The notes under the pieces are model-generated. The model worked only from the letters and a program-made list of their open reading frames with translations, made no database searches and was not told the origin of the DNA. 64,000 nt of DNA from Planctomycetota bacterium (GTDB lineage: Bacteria > Planctomycetota > UBA1135 > UBA2386), in assembly GCA_965223545.1 (NCBI GenBank), contig OZ245006.1, forward strand, positions 6,496,001 through 6,560,000, written 5' to 3'. Shown one piece after another: positions 27,988 through 38,918 of the stretch. Made by a program: the position numbers and the translations under genes. Position 1 is the first letter of the stretch. Every line of letters begins with the position of its first letter.

Positions 27988-30036
27988 ATGCACACGATGC
28001 CGAAGGGCGATGCGGTTCGCCGTGTCAGCTGGTTGCTTGTGGCCTGTGCGGTCCAACCGCTCGCTGCGCAAGAGCGGTCTCCCGAGTTCCGCCGAGAGAA
28101 CGACGCGTTCGTCGCGACCGGCGCCGGCTACGACGCGCGCGTCGCCCGGCAGGGGTTTCGCGTCCGTGCGCTGCGGGGCGGTGCGCGGCGGACTCCCGCG
28201 GTCTTCGAGGCGAGGCTGTCGCGCCTCGGTCGCGCGGGTGCGTCCGCCGGCGGGGCGGGCTGTGGCGAGGCTGTGAGTCTCGACCGATCCCGGCCGGACG
28301 AGGTTCGCGTTGGGTACGGTTCGGTGACCGAGATCCATCAGGCGCGCCGGGATGGCCTCGAGGTCAGCTACTTGCTCGACGAGATCCCCGACGGTGAAGG
28401 AGACCTGGTGATCCGCTTGGCCGTGGAAGCGACGGATGCCGCGGCGGTGGCGGGCCAAAAAGTCGAGGAGCTGTGGTACGGGGACCCCACGTCGGGCATC
28501 CACGTCGGTGCGGTCACCGGAATCGACGCCGCCGGGCGGCGGGTTCGTGGATGGCTGCGCGCGTCCGCCGGTTGTATGGAGCTGGGTTTGCCTGCCGATT
28601 TCGTCGACTCTGCGACACTGCCGGTGCTCGTCGACCCCCTGGTTGGGCCGGCGTTCACGACCGTGTCCTGGTGGGGAGGCCCGGGGAGTTCGGATGCCGC
28701 CGTTGCCTACAGTTCGGCTGCCGACCGATACCTGATCGGATACTGCGACTACAACTGGCTCTTTTTCCATCAGATGGTGGGGGGGGTGCTCGTGGATTCG
28801 GCCGGTGGTCCTCCGGGGTGGGTCTACGTCGGAGGAGCGCACCTTGACGATCACGTCCTAACTGGCCTCGGCTACGTGCGTGGCCCCGATGCCTTCTTCT
28901 TGCTGTACGGTCACGTGTACGGTGCGGATTGGATCTGTTCGATCGATCCGACGACCGCACAGATCGCATACCGCTACACGGGGCGGCAGTTCACCTGCTG
29001 CAGCGCCTCCGGCGACAGTCGGCGGCACGGCGATCGCTTCTTCGTGGCGGGCCCCGGAGCGGTCACTGCCTTTTCGATGGGATACACGGGGGTCATCAAG
29101 GAAGAGGGGAGGCTGACCGGGCTCGGCACCAACTGTCTGCAACTCAGCTCGCATGGTGGCGAGGACGGGCGTTGGCTCGCCGTCGAGAGCAGTGGCAGCA
29201 CCCTGAACGGAGTCGTGTTCGCAGAAGATCTGAGCGTGCTGTTTTCGGGGCCGCTGGTCAGTGGGGGAGCGGGTGTAACCACGCGTCGAGAGGTGCACCT
29301 CGATGGAGATGGCAATCACTGGATGCTGGCCTACGAGACCTCGGGGGCAGTCGGTGCCGACCTGCGCTGCCTACCCGTGTTCTGGGACTCTTCGGCCAAG
29401 GCCGTTTACACGGGGAGCGAGGCCCTTGTCGCAAGAGGGGCGACCCGGCCGCGTGTCGCGTTCATGGGGGGATCGACCCTGATCGCATACGCGCGGCAGT
29501 TCTCGGGGGCGGTCGTCACCGTCGATCCGTTCGATGCCGCCATAGTCGAGGGGCCGCTCGCGGGCGCGGGCCCAGCCGATGTCGCCGGCAACGCGGGGTG
29601 GACCCACCAAGTAGGCGATGAAGCCTTGCTCCAGTGGTCGATGGGCCAGTGGTTTCGTGCGGCTGACGGTGTCGTTCAAGACCTCGGCGGCGGTTGCGGA
29701 GAAGCCGGCTGGATCGCCGCCTCGAGTGCCGTGGCCGGCAATGGCGGCTTTGCCCTGCGCCTGCGCGACGCCACTCCCGGTGGAATCGCGGTTGCGCTGC
29801 TCTCGGCAACGGGCGGGAACGTGCCTTGTGGGCCGTGCACGGTGGTGCCGGATTTGACGGCCGCCGTCGCCGCCCCCTACATCGCCGATGCACGGGGAAA
29901 TGCGGCGGTGAAACTGTCCCTTCCGGTCGGTGTGTTTCCGACGTTCGTCGCTCAGTGGGCCGTTCTGAAGTCGGCGGGTGCTGCGTGCTCCATCGGGGTG
30001 GATCTGACGAATGCGGTCAGCGTGACGGTCGGGTGA
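27988..30036 (+). CDS. Secreted hypothetical protein with the shared C-terminal domain
   Basis: Signal peptide (AVQPLAAQ); ATLPVLVDP motif; C-terminal GGGCG...AQW...LTNAV. Confidence 0.75.
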   Translation: MHTMPKGDAVRRVSWLLVACAVQPLAAQERSPEFRRENDAFVATGAGYDARVARQGFRVRALRGGARRTPAVFEARLSRLGRAGASAGGAGCGEAVSLDRSRPDEVRVGYGSVTEIHQARRDGLEVSYLLDEIPDGEGDLVIRLAVEATDAAAVAGQKVEELWYGDPTSGIHVGAVTGIDAAGRRVRGWLRASAGCMELGLPADFVDSATLPVLVDPLVGPAFTTVSWWGGPGSSDAAVAYSSAADRYLIGYCDYNWLFFHQMVGGVLVDSAGGPPGWVYVGGAHLDDHVLTGLGYVRGPDAFFLLYGHVYGADWICSIDPTTAQIAYRYTGRQFTCCSASGDSRRHGDRFFVAGPGAVTAFSMGYTGVIKEEGRLTGLGTNCLQLSSHGGEDGRWLAVESSGSTLNGVVFAEDLSVLFSGPLVSGGAGVTTRREVHLDGDGNHWMLAYETSGAVGADLRCLPVFWDSSAKAVYTGSEALVARGATRPRVAFMGGSTLIAYARQFSGAVVTVDPFDAAIVEGPLAGAGPADVAGNAGWTHQVGDEALLQWSMGQWFRAADGVVQDLGGGCGEAGWIAASSAVAGNGGFALRLRDATPGGIAVALLSATGGNVPCGPCTVVPDLTAAVAAPYIADARGNAAVKLSLPVGVFPTFVAQWAVLKSAGAACSIGVDLTNAVSVTVG

Positions 30037-30116
30037 TCGGAAGGCGGCGATCTCGCGGGCTGGCGACTCGAGTCCGGTCTGACAAACAAGGCTCAAGCGC
30101 TGCCACCGGACTTTCA

Positions 30117-30803
30117 TTACGACTCTTTGTGGGGCTCGGCGTCATCCCGATCCCCACCGTGATCAACAATTTCACACACGTCGGCTGGAAAGGCCAAACT
30201 GTTCAAGAGCGGAGCGTTCTCGCGCCACCACCGCGCTGCGTCAGGGCTTGTTTGCTCCAGTGCATCGATGGCGGCGGTGACGCCCACCCAGTAGCCGCGC
30301 CGATAGACCGTTGCTTTGCCACGAAGCACGGCCCATAGCGCTTTCACAAACGTCTCGGGTGCGCTGAGAACACCGAAGCCGACGATTCTCGTCTCCCGTG
30401 CCTGACTCAGCGTGACGGGGATTTCGACCCCGATCCATGCATTTCGAATGGCCTCGGGGGCTTCTCCCGGAGGCAGCGCGACAATCCGAAGGAATCGCGA
30501 GCCACTCAGGAGTTCATCGATCTGATCCCAGTCGATCACTCGGTCTAGCACGGGCCAAACATGCCTGAAGACGAAGAAATGCATGACGTCACGTCCGCAG
30601 AATCCGACAAGGATTGCCCCCCAGGCCAAGAAGACGAGGGGGGTCTCCAAGAACCACCAGTGGAGAGTGGTCACGAGAGCAGCCACAACCAGAGCCAAGA
30701 GCCAAAGATGCAGCGTCAACGCAAGGAAGGCGGCGCTGCCGCGCGACCTGAGGCGACGGAGACCGTCGAGGGCCTCGAGCTGGTGGTCGGTCAGTTCCAT
30801 CAC
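30117..30803 (-). CDS. Hypothetical membrane protein
   Basis: 228-aa ORF with two N-terminal hydrophobic helices and a GGAG RBS. Confidence 0.55.
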   Translation of the reverse strand: MMELTDHQLEALDGLRRLRSRGSAAFLALTLHLWLLALVVAALVTTLHWWFLETPLVFLAWGAILVGFCGRDVMHFFVFRHVWPVLDRVIDWDQIDELLSGSRFLRIVALPPGEAPEAIRNAWIGVEIPVTLSQARETRIVGFGVLSAPETFVKALWAVLRGKATVYRRGYWVGVTAAIDALEQTSPDAARWWRENAPLLNSLAFPADVCEIVDHGGDRDDAEPHKES

Positions 30804-31169
30804 ACACTCCTGGGTTCGGCAAGCGCACTGGGGGCATCTCGTTCTCGGCAGTGTACGTGCCCACGGCCCACGGCTGGCCGGCCAGCCAACGAGCGTTGTG
30901 TGACCGATCGTTCCAGCGGGGCGCGCCTCAACCGGTCAACCGGAGCGACGCGGTGGGCGCCAGAGGTGGGGTTTCTTGGAATCCGCAGCCGTCAAAGTAC
31001 TCTGGCCACGGAGACCAGACGCCCTGCTGATCAGTACGTTCCAGGTCGCAGTCCGATGATTTCGATCAACGTCAGCCGGTGACCGCTCAGCGAACCCCCG
31101 AAGGCCCACTCTGCGCAGTCGAGGAGTTGTAGGCAAACCGACCAACCGAGGGCGGAAAACGCAAACCGC

Positions 31170-31497
31170 ATCTACTGGGCGAGGCGGCAAGCCCGAGCTG
31201 CGGCGGCGCCTACCTCCGCGCCAGCGGTATCGGACTTCGGGGAGCTGGTGGTCGCTGCGGACCCGTCGCCGCGACGAGCAGCGGCCATTGAGTTGCGGGT
31301 GCCGTCGGGCGCGGTGGTCGGTGTGCAGCGCGACTTCGACGAAGCGACGCTCCGACGGCTGCTCGGAGTCCTGTTGCCATGCTGAGCTTTCCGCCCTCGC
31401 CGTAAGTCAAGATCTTCGTTTGCCGGAAGCCGGTGGACATGAGGAAGAGCTTCAGCGGTCTGTCCAGTGCGGTCATCGACGTGGTCGACCACGACCT
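31170..31497 (+). mobile_element. IS66 remnant (tnpA 3' end and tnpB 5' end with an internal stop)
   Basis: IELRVPSG...FDEATLRRLLGVL followed by MLSFPPSP*VKIFVCRKPVDMRKSFSGL, a TnpB signature. Confidence 0.8.
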
Positions 31498-31499
31498 GG

Positions 31500-31776
31500 T
31501 TCGCTCCAAGCGCGCACGGCAGAGACGGCGGAGCTCGTGTGAGAGTGCACCGAGTCGGAGTCGCCGCGGTTGCTCCGCGTGCACCCCGACGGCTCGCGCC
31601 TCTTGGCCGGCACGGATACGGGACGAATCCTCGTCCTCGACGCCTCCGACGGTCGCTTGCTCGTCGCGCTCGGTGGACACACCAGTGCGGTGTACGGGCT
31701 GTGCTTCGTCGAGGGCACGGAGACCTTGCTGTCGACGTCGCGCTCCGGGAGGTTGCGGGTCTGGAAGATGGACTGA
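31500..31776 (+). pseudogene. WD40 protein 3' fragment
   Basis: HPDGSRLLAG...LGGHTSAVYGLCF...LRVW; 5' part missing next to the IS66 remnant. Confidence 0.65.
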
Positions 31777-31923
31777 GGCCGCGCGGTGGGGGGGGCGCGG
31801 CGACGGCGGACCGGCTGCAGCGTCCTCGAGCTGGGCCGTTCGCTCCTCCCTCCCGGGGTTGTGGCGGCGACGATGGCCCCCCTAAGATCGCCGGCCGATC
31901 GTTCCTGTTCAGGAGGTGTTGGA

Positions 31924-33027
31924 ATGAGCTCAGGCGGCGAACCGCAGCCCGCGAGCACTGGCGCGCGTAAGAAGCCTCCGGCTCTACTGAAACCCGCCCT
32001 CGCGGTCGCGGCCAGCGTCTTCTGCGTGCTCCTCCTCGAGGGGGTCGCGAGCTTGGTTGTCGCCTATCGGAGTTCCTCGGCCGAGAGCCGCCAGAGCGGA
32101 CGCCTCGAGGAGGAGAAGCACTCCCGCTATGACGCCGATCTCGGCTGGATGCACATTCCCGATCTGTTCGTCGGCAACATGTACGGGGAGGGCGTCGAGT
32201 TCACCACGAATGGACAGAGCTTCCGCGCCAAGCAGGAGTACTCGAAGACCGTTCCGGCCGGAACCTACAGGACGATCTGCCTCGGTGACTCTTTCACCAT
32301 GGGATACGGCGTGCACGACGACGCCACGTTCCCTGCCCAGCTGCAGTCACAGGCCGAGGGTCTCGAGGTCGTGAACATGGGAATGGGCGGATTCGGCGTC
32401 GATCAGGACTACCTGTGGTACATGCGCGACGGGGTCGAGCTCGAGACCGACTTGCTGCTCTTCGCGTTCATCGAACTGGACTTCGGCCGCATGATGTTCG
32501 ATCGCTTCCTGGGCTATCCCAAGCCACTGCTGAAGATGGAGGACGGCGAACTCCTGGTCACGAACGTCCCGGTACCCGAGGTCTTCGGCCTCTCACGCTT
32601 TCGACGCTTCTTGCAGATGAGTTCGCTGAGCCGCCTGGTGGCCGGAGCCGCGAGCGATCCCGCCCCGCGCAGCATCGGCAACTCTCCTGACTCGTTGCCG
32701 TTCGCTCCGGTCGCCGAGCACATCTTCCTCGAGCTCGCGAAGATCAGCAGGGAGCGCAACCAGGATCTGGTGCTCGTCTACTTGCCGCGTTTCCACACGC
32801 TTCGCCGGGAACCCGTGCCGACGGCGACCTGGCTCGAGAAGTTCACGCGCAAGGAAGGCATTCATCTGCTGAACCTCACCGAGGACTTCCGACAGATTCC
32901 TCGCCAGCAGCTCGCCGGCCACTTCCGCCTACCGGATGACGGCCACTACTCGCCGCGCGGAAACGCGCTCGTGGCGACGGCGCTGCTGAAGAAGCTGCGG
33001 ACGCTGTTGCCGGACTTCCCTCGGTAG
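31924..33027 (+). CDS. SGNH/GDSL hydrolase-family membrane-anchored protein
   Basis: LGDSFTMG, VVNMGMGGFG and DDGHYS motifs; N-terminal TM helix. Confidence 0.88.
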   Translation: MSSGGEPQPASTGARKKPPALLKPALAVAASVFCVLLLEGVASLVVAYRSSSAESRQSGRLEEEKHSRYDADLGWMHIPDLFVGNMYGEGVEFTTNGQSFRAKQEYSKTVPAGTYRTICLGDSFTMGYGVHDDATFPAQLQSQAEGLEVVNMGMGGFGVDQDYLWYMRDGVELETDLLLFAFIELDFGRMMFDRFLGYPKPLLKMEDGELLVTNVPVPEVFGLSRFRRFLQMSSLSRLVAGAASDPAPRSIGNSPDSLPFAPVAEHIFLELAKISRERNQDLVLVYLPRFHTLRREPVPTATWLEKFTRKEGIHLLNLTEDFRQIPRQQLAGHFRLPDDGHYSPRGNALVATALLKKLRTLLPDFPR

Positions 33028-33066
33028 GCGACTCGCCCGCCGACCGGCAACGGTCCGGTGGGGAGC

Positions 33067-36000
33067 CTATCTGGCAAGCAGATGAGCGAAGCGTCTTCGC
33101 TCCTCCGCGGTCAGCTGCCGTGGTGCGGACGAGCGCGCAGCGGTGAGCAGCTCGCGCGGATCGACGAACCACGTGCGCACCGTGCCGTCGAACGACGCCG
33201 TGTGGAGGCGCTGGCCGTCCGGCGAGAACCGTACGCGCCAAACGAGGCTGGTATGGCCGCGGAGGATCGCGATGCACTCGCCGCGTAGGTTCCACAGTCG
33301 CGCCACCTTGTCGCGCGACCCCGTGGCGATGATCTTGCTGTCGGGCGAGATTGCGACGTGGCACGTCTCGCCAGCGTGGCCGCGGAGGCGCACGGGCCGC
33401 GAGTCCGGATCGAGGAGGTCCCAAAGCGCCGCGTCGCCGGCGACGATCGCGGCGACCAGCCATCGACCATCCGGTGAGAACGCCAACCTGTAGGTTCGGC
33501 CGGCGACGTCGAGCTCGCGGACTTCTTCGCCGTCGACGCTGCGAAGGGCCGCGCCGCGCTGGTCGCTGGATCCCTCGGCCCACCAGCGACCATTGGGGTG
33601 AAAGACGGGCCACGCCGAGGGAAATCCGGGCAGGTCGAACACCCTCTCGGGCTGCTCGGCGCCGGCTCGATACAGACAGGCGGCCTTCTCGTTGCGGAGG
33701 AGCACGAGATCGGGGTCGTGGGGCGAGCACGCCACGTGGTCCCACGGTCCGTTCGGCAGCTCGAAGGCGTTCTCGAGCGTGCCTTGATCGCTCCAGATCT
33801 GCAGGATCCGCCCCTCGTCGTGCAGGCGGGCGACGGATCCGCCGGTGGCCAGCGAGAACATATTGGTGCCAGGCAGCTGGACTTCGGCGATGAGCTCGCC
33901 GTCCGGTGTGCGCCAGCCCAGACTCCCCTCGCTCGCCCTCCTGCTGCGGGCTCGGGTGACGATCGTCCCGTTGGGGAGGACTCCGAGGTGTTGCACACCG
34001 TGCGCGTGCGCGTGGATGGTCGGCAGCGTCGCGCTGCGTGAATTCCAAACCCGTAGTGTGCCGTCCTGCCCCGCCGTGGCGACGAGATTGCCCGAACCGG
34101 AGAAGGCCGCGTCGAGGATCCGGCCGCGGTGCCCCCGGAACTCGGCGAGCGTCATGCCGCTGCGCGCATCGGTCAGCCGGGCCGTCTGGTCGGCGCTGCC
34201 GGTCAGGACGACACCTGGACGCGCCGCGCACATGGCGACCGCTGTGACTGCGCTACGGTGTCGTGGCCGGACGGGCGGGGCGGTGCCGGATAGGTCCCAG
34301 ATCAGGTGGTTGCGCAATCCGGAGGCCAAGATGGATGCATCCGCCGAGATCGCCGTCTCGCGGCGCGGATCGTCGGTGAGGTCCTCGATGCCCGCGGGGG
34401 CGAGCAGGTCCGCCGCCGGTTCGCTCGCATGCCAGAGTGCCAGCACACCGGTATCGGTGACCGTCAGGATGCGTTCGCCGTGTTGCGTGAACTGCGCCGA
34501 CTTCACCGTGGCGTCTGGATCGGGGCGGAGCACGCGCCGTTGCTCGAAGTGGCGGCGGAAGCCGTCGTTGCTGGACCACAGCCTTGCCGTGCCGTCTGCC
34601 GAGGCCGACAGCAGGCGGCCGTCCGCCGCGAATGCGACGCTGCGCACGGGCTGGTCGTGCCCGGTGATGGCCAGCGGCTCGGTGTCGGAGTCGTGCAGCC
34701 GCGCGACTCGGATCGTCGCGTCCGCGCATGCGATGGCGAGCCCGTCGCCGTCAGGCGAGAACGCGACGTCGTGAACGTGGCTCGGTTGCGGCAGCACCTC
34801 GAGCTCTCCTACCTGCCAGGCCACGATCTTCACGCTGTCGGTCTGGCCGACCGCGATGCGGCGTTCGTCGGGTGAGAAGGCGATTGCGGCGGGCCGGTGC
34901 GAGCCGTCCAGGTCGACGAGCGTCTTTTCGCGAACCTCGCGCAGGGCGAGGTGCAGCGCCGTGACGTTCTCGAGGTTGTCGGGATCGACCTCGACCGACT
35001 CCAATGCGAGCAGCAGCGCGACGGCGGGGTCCTCGGCGACCATCCACGTCGCGGCGGCGCCCAACGCCGCGGCCCGGGCAGTGTTTCGTTCACGGCGGAT
35101 GCGCTCGACGCTGACGAGGGACAGTATGAGTCCGGCGAGGATCAGGACGAACGCCGTTGCTGCGGCGGGGCGGCGCTGTGCGAAGCGCCGCAACCGCAAC
35201 CAGGTGCCGATCGGTCGCGCTCGAATCGGTTCGCGCTGCCGGCAACGGCGAAGGTCCTCGGCGAAGTCGAGCGCCGTCTGGTAGCGGCGGTTGCGGTCGC
35301 GCTCCATCGCCGTCATCAGCACGATCTCGACATCGCGCGGGATCTGGCGGTTGCGCGAGCTGGCCGCGGGGACCTCCGAGTGCAGGATCTGTTGGTAGAG
35401 CGCGGCGCGCGTGGCGGCGTGGAACGGTCGCTCGAGGGTCAGGGCCTCGTAGAGGGTTGCGCCGAGCGAGTAGACGTCGGTGCGCCGGTCCAGCGGTACG
35501 CGCTGCGCCATCAGCTGCTCGGGCGACATGTAGGCGGGCGTCCCGAGCAGGTCGCCGCTGTGGGTGAGCGCCAGCATCTCGCCGGACTCTTCGCGAGCCA
35601 GCCCGAAGTCGAGCACGACCGGCTCACCGTCGGCCGTAACCATGATGTTGCTGGGCTTGATGTCGCGGTGGATCAGGCCGCGTTCATGCGCCGTGTGCAG
35701 CGCGCGGGCGAGCTTCTCGAACATCGCGACCGTCTCGTAGATGCCGGTCTTCGAGCTCGACTCGGCCGTGGTCGGCTGCGTCTCCGCGATCCGCTGCGCC
35801 AGCGTCTGCCCATCGACGAACCGATACGCCAAAAACGGTACGCCCTCGATTTCGCCGGCATCGAACAGCGCGCAGATGTTGGCATGGTCGAGCTTGCCGG
35901 CCGCCTCCGCTTCGCGCTGAAAGCGGCCGATCTGGTGGGCATCGGGCTCGCCGGTCGTCTGCAGGATCTTCAGCGCGACCCGCCGCTTGAGTCGTTCGTC

Positions 36001-36312
36001 CTCCGCCAGCCACACCGTGCCTTGCCCGCCGCGCCCGAGCTCGTGCAGCAGCGTGAAGTGTCCGAACGAGTGCGGCGCCTGCGGGACCTTGCTCTCGCCC
36101 CGGAGTGCGTCGGCAAGCGCCTCGGTCGCGCGAGCATCGGGCTCGAGAAACGCGTCGTCGATGTCGTTGTAGAGCAGGTCTTCGACGGCGGCGCGCAGGG
36201 TCGCGTCATCGCCACACTCGCGCCCGAGCCACTCCTGGCGTTCCTGCTCGGGCAGGTCGCGCGCCGTCGCGAACAGCTCGCTGGCGCGGCGGTGGACGCC
36301 GGGATCATTCAT
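33067..36312 (-). CDS. Ser/Thr protein kinase with WD40 repeats
   Basis: GRGGQG, HRDIKPSN, DFGLA and GTPAYMSPEQ motifs; TM helix; WD40 repeats. ATG 36312 overlaps the sigma stop (ATGA). Confidence 0.92.
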   Translation of the reverse strand: MNDPGVHRRASELFATARDLPEQERQEWLGRECGDDATLRAAVEDLLYNDIDDAFLEPDARATEALADALRGESKVPQAPHSFGHFTLLHELGRGGQGTVWLAEDERLKRRVALKILQTTGEPDAHQIGRFQREAEAAGKLDHANICALFDAGEIEGVPFLAYRFVDGQTLAQRIAETQPTTAESSSKTGIYETVAMFEKLARALHTAHERGLIHRDIKPSNIMVTADGEPVVLDFGLAREESGEMLALTHSGDLLGTPAYMSPEQLMAQRVPLDRRTDVYSLGATLYEALTLERPFHAATRAALYQQILHSEVPAASSRNRQIPRDVEIVLMTAMERDRNRRYQTALDFAEDLRRCRQREPIRARPIGTWLRLRRFAQRRPAAATAFVLILAGLILSLVSVERIRRERNTARAAALGAAATWMVAEDPAVALLLALESVEVDPDNLENVTALHLALREVREKTLVDLDGSHRPAAIAFSPDERRIAVGQTDSVKIVAWQVGELEVLPQPSHVHDVAFSPDGDGLAIACADATIRVARLHDSDTEPLAITGHDQPVRSVAFAADGRLLSASADGTARLWSSNDGFRRHFEQRRVLRPDPDATVKSAQFTQHGERILTVTDTGVLALWHASEPAADLLAPAGIEDLTDDPRRETAISADASILASGLRNHLIWDLSGTAPPVRPRHRSAVTAVAMCAARPGVVLTGSADQTARLTDARSGMTLAEFRGHRGRILDAAFSGSGNLVATAGQDGTLRVWNSRSATLPTIHAHAHGVQHLGVLPNGTIVTRARSRRASEGSLGWRTPDGELIAEVQLPGTNMFSLATGGSVARLHDEGRILQIWSDQGTLENAFELPNGPWDHVACSPHDPDLVLLRNEKAACLYRAGAEQPERVFDLPGFPSAWPVFHPNGRWWAEGSSDQRGAALRSVDGEEVRELDVAGRTYRLAFSPDGRWLVAAIVAGDAALWDLLDPDSRPVRLRGHAGETCHVAISPDSKIIATGSRDKVARLWNLRGECIAILRGHTSLVWRVRFSPDGQRLHTASFDGTVRTWFVDPRELLTAARSSAPRQLTAEERRRFAHLLAR

Positions 36313-36863
36313 TCGCGCGATCCGAGCTTGGACCGCAACCACGCTCTGGCGGCGAGCCACAAGGTCCGCACCGTGCGGTCGCTGACGCCGAGCTCGGCGC
36401 CGATCTCCATGTCGCTCATGCCGCCGTAGTAGCGCATGACGACGATGCGCGCCTGGCGTTCGTCCGCCTGAGCGAGCTGCTCGAGCGCTTCGTCGAGCTC
36501 GATGGGATCGACAGCCGCCTCGTTGTCCGCTGCGTCGTCGAGCGTCACCCCATGCGGTCGCCGCCGTTTGCCGCGGGCGTGGTCGACGAGGATACGCCGC
36601 ATGACGTTGGCGGCGACCGCGCGGAAATGCGCCCTGCTGCGCCAGTCGATGGGATCCCCGCGCTCGAGCCGCAGCCAGGCCTCGTTGACGAGCGCGGTCG
36701 CCTGCAGTGTGTGGTCGGGGCGCTCTTGCGCGAGAAGCCGGCCGGCGTGATACCGCAGCTCCGAGTAGAGCCGCTCGGCCAGATCGTTCGTCGCTCGCGC
36801 ACTGCCCTGGCTCGACTCGGAGACGAGCGTCAGCAGGTCGGCGGGCGAGCGTTCGTTCGACAT
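36309..36863 (-). CDS. ECF sigma factor, planctomycete kinase-linked type
   Basis: HTLQATALVNEAWLRL...HF..AANVMRRILVDHAR; ARIVVMRYYGG...AARAWL. Confidence 0.9.
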   Translation of the reverse strand: MSNERSPADLLTLVSESSQGSARATNDLAERLYSELRYHAGRLLAQERPDHTLQATALVNEAWLRLERGDPIDWRSRAHFRAVAANVMRRILVDHARGKRRRPHGVTLDDAADNEAAVDPIELDEALEQLAQADERQARIVVMRYYGGMSDMEIGAELGVSDRTVRTLWLAARAWLRSKLGSRE

Positions 36864-37100
36864 CGGATTCCGCCGACAGGATACCGCGGAACGACGGGGG
36901 AGATCGCGGCGGGCCGCGGTGGGGAGGCTCTTGGAGATTTCTTGCGAGTTGTCTTCCGCGAAACGGGGTGCCGGTCGCTTCGCAGGTGGTTTCGGCGAGC
37001 GAGATCGTGGGCACCGGCCCGTGCGCTCGACGGCAAGGCAACGTCCGTTGCGAGCGTGCGCGCGTCTCGCCACGGGCCATACAGGAGCAGGAGACGTTCG

Positions 37101-38918
37101 ATGACTTGCAAGGTTCCACTCGACACACGGCAGCCGAGCTGGCGCGCACTCGCGGCGCTCGCACTCGCGGCGCTCGCCGCACAGTCGCCCCATGCGCAGA
37201 CGGCGACGTTCGCCTGGGGGGGGCGGATCGGCGGGACCGACGCCGAGAACGGCTACGATCTCGCGGTCAACGCGGCGGGCCACAGCTACGTGGTCGGGGA
37301 CTTCGCGGGCACGGCGGACTTCGATCCGGGTCCCGGCGCGTTCTGGATGACCTCCGTGGGCGGCATGGACGGCTACGTGGCGAAGTACGACGGCGACGGC
37401 AACTTCGTGTGGGCGGCGCGGTTCGGCGGGGTGGGCGACGAGACGTGCAACGGAGTCGCCGTCGACGGCAACGGCGATGTGCATCTCGGAGTTCTGTTCG
37501 AGGGCACCGTCGACTTCGATCCAGGGCCAGGAGTGTTCGCGCTGACCGCGCAGGGCAGCGGGGACAACTGCTTCGTCAGGCTCGACGGCGCCGGCAATCT
37601 CGTCTGGGCGAAGCAGATCCGCACCAGTGGCGGTGACTACGGCGCCAACGTTGCCGTCGACCCGCTGGGCAACGTGCTCGCGACGGGTACGTTCGCCGGG
37701 GTGGGGGATCTCGATCCCGGTCCCGGGGCGTTTGCCGTGACCTCGTTCGGCAGCGACGACGGCTACGTCGTGAAGCTCGACAGCTCCGGCAACTTCCTCT
37801 GGGGTGGACAGGTCGGCGGCACGGGGTCGGATCGCGTCTGGGGCGTCTCCGCCGATGCGGTGGGCGGCGTGGTCGTGGTCGGTGACTTTCAGGGCACGGC
37901 CGATTTCGACCCGGGCGTGGGCTCGTTCCCGCTGACGTCGGCCGGCTCGGCCGACGTGTTCGTCAGCAAGCTGGACAGCGCCGGCAACCTCGTCTGGGCG
38001 CGAGGGTTCGGTGGCACGGGCGTCGACTCGGGGCTCTCGCTGGCGTTGGACAGCTCGGCCAACGTCTGCGTGGCCGGTAGCTTCAACTCGACGGTGGACT
38101 TCGACCCCGGGGCGGGTGTCTCGACCCTGACATCCGCCGGCAGCTTCGACGTGTTCGTCAGCAAGCTGGATGGTGCGGGGGACTTCCTGTGGGCTCGCCG
38201 GTTTGGCGGCACGGACTTCGATCTCGTCGGCAGCGTCGTCGTCGACGGATTCGACAGCGTCTACGCGACCGGCCAGTTCCGGGGCGTCGCGGACTTTGCA
38301 CCGGTCTCTGGCGCGCCCTCGCTGACGTCCAGCGGCGGCGTGGACGTGTTCGTGTGGCAGCTCACCGGATCGGGCCAGCCGGTTTGGGCCGGCCAGCTCG
38401 GTGGATCGTCGAACGACGCGGGCTTCGGCGTCGCGGTCGATCGTTCGCTCGACGTCACTCTGCACGGCATCTTCCGGGCGACGGCCGACATCGATCCGGG
38501 GCCGGGCACGTCGCAGCTGATCGCCTCCGGTCCGAAGGACACGTTCATCGCGAAGCTGCGCGGCAGCTGCATTCATCGCAACGGCAGTGGCATCAACCCG
38601 CCCGACTTCACGTGCGCCGACAACCCGGTGATCGGCACGAGCTGGACGACGTCGTACGGGCACGGCGCGGCCACGCTCGCGACCGTGTTGCTCCTCGGTC
38701 CCGGTGGGCCTGCGACCGGCCCCGCCTTCGGTACCGGCGAGCTGCTGATCTCCTTGATGCCCGCGCCGCTCTCCGTGGTCGGGGCAGGCGACATCGCGCT
38801 AGCGCTGCCCAAGGCCCCGGGGCTCATCGGCGCCACGTTCTCGATGCAGGGCGCGCGGTTGGAGCCCGGTCCGCAGATCGTGTTGTTGAATGCGTTGGAC
38901 GCGACGGTCGTTCAGTAG
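37101..38918 (+). CDS. Secreted SBBP (beta-propeller) repeat protein
   Basis: Repeated GTADFDPGPG...DVFVSKLDSAGNLVWA; signal peptide ending AHAQ. Confidence 0.88.
   Translation: MTCKVPLDTRQPSWRALAALALAALAAQSPHAQTATFAWGGRIGGTDAENGYDLAVNAAGHSYVVGDFAGTADFDPGPGAFWMTSVGGMDGYVAKYDGDGNFVWAARFGGVGDETCNGVAVDGNGDVHLGVLFEGTVDFDPGPGVFALTAQGSGDNCFVRLDGAGNLVWAKQIRTSGGDYGANVAVDPLGNVLATGTFAGVGDLDPGPGAFAVTSFGSDDGYVVKLDSSGNFLWGGQVGGTGSDRVWGVSADAVGGVVVVGDFQGTADFDPGVGSFPLTSAGSADVFVSKLDSAGNLVWARGFGGTGVDSGLSLALDSSANVCVAGSFNSTVDFDPGAGVSTLTSAGSFDVFVSKLDGAGDFLWARRFGGTDFDLVGSVVVDGFDSVYATGQFRGVADFAPVSGAPSLTSSGGVDVFVWQLTGSGQPVWAGQLGGSSNDAGFGVAVDRSLDVTLHGIFRATADIDPGPGTSQLIASGPKDTFIAKLRGSCIHRNGSGINPPDFTCADNPVIGTSWTTSYGHGAATLATVLLLGPGGPATGPAFGTGELLISLMPAPLSVVGAGDIALALPKAPGLIGATFSMQGARLEPGPQIVLLNALDATVVQ

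Noticed and set aside
33067..38918. Long N-terminal extensions in the ORF track (1371, 784 and 937 aa; also 3122-6412)
   Set aside because: High-GC open frames overlapping real neighbouring genes; motif content supports the shorter starts.
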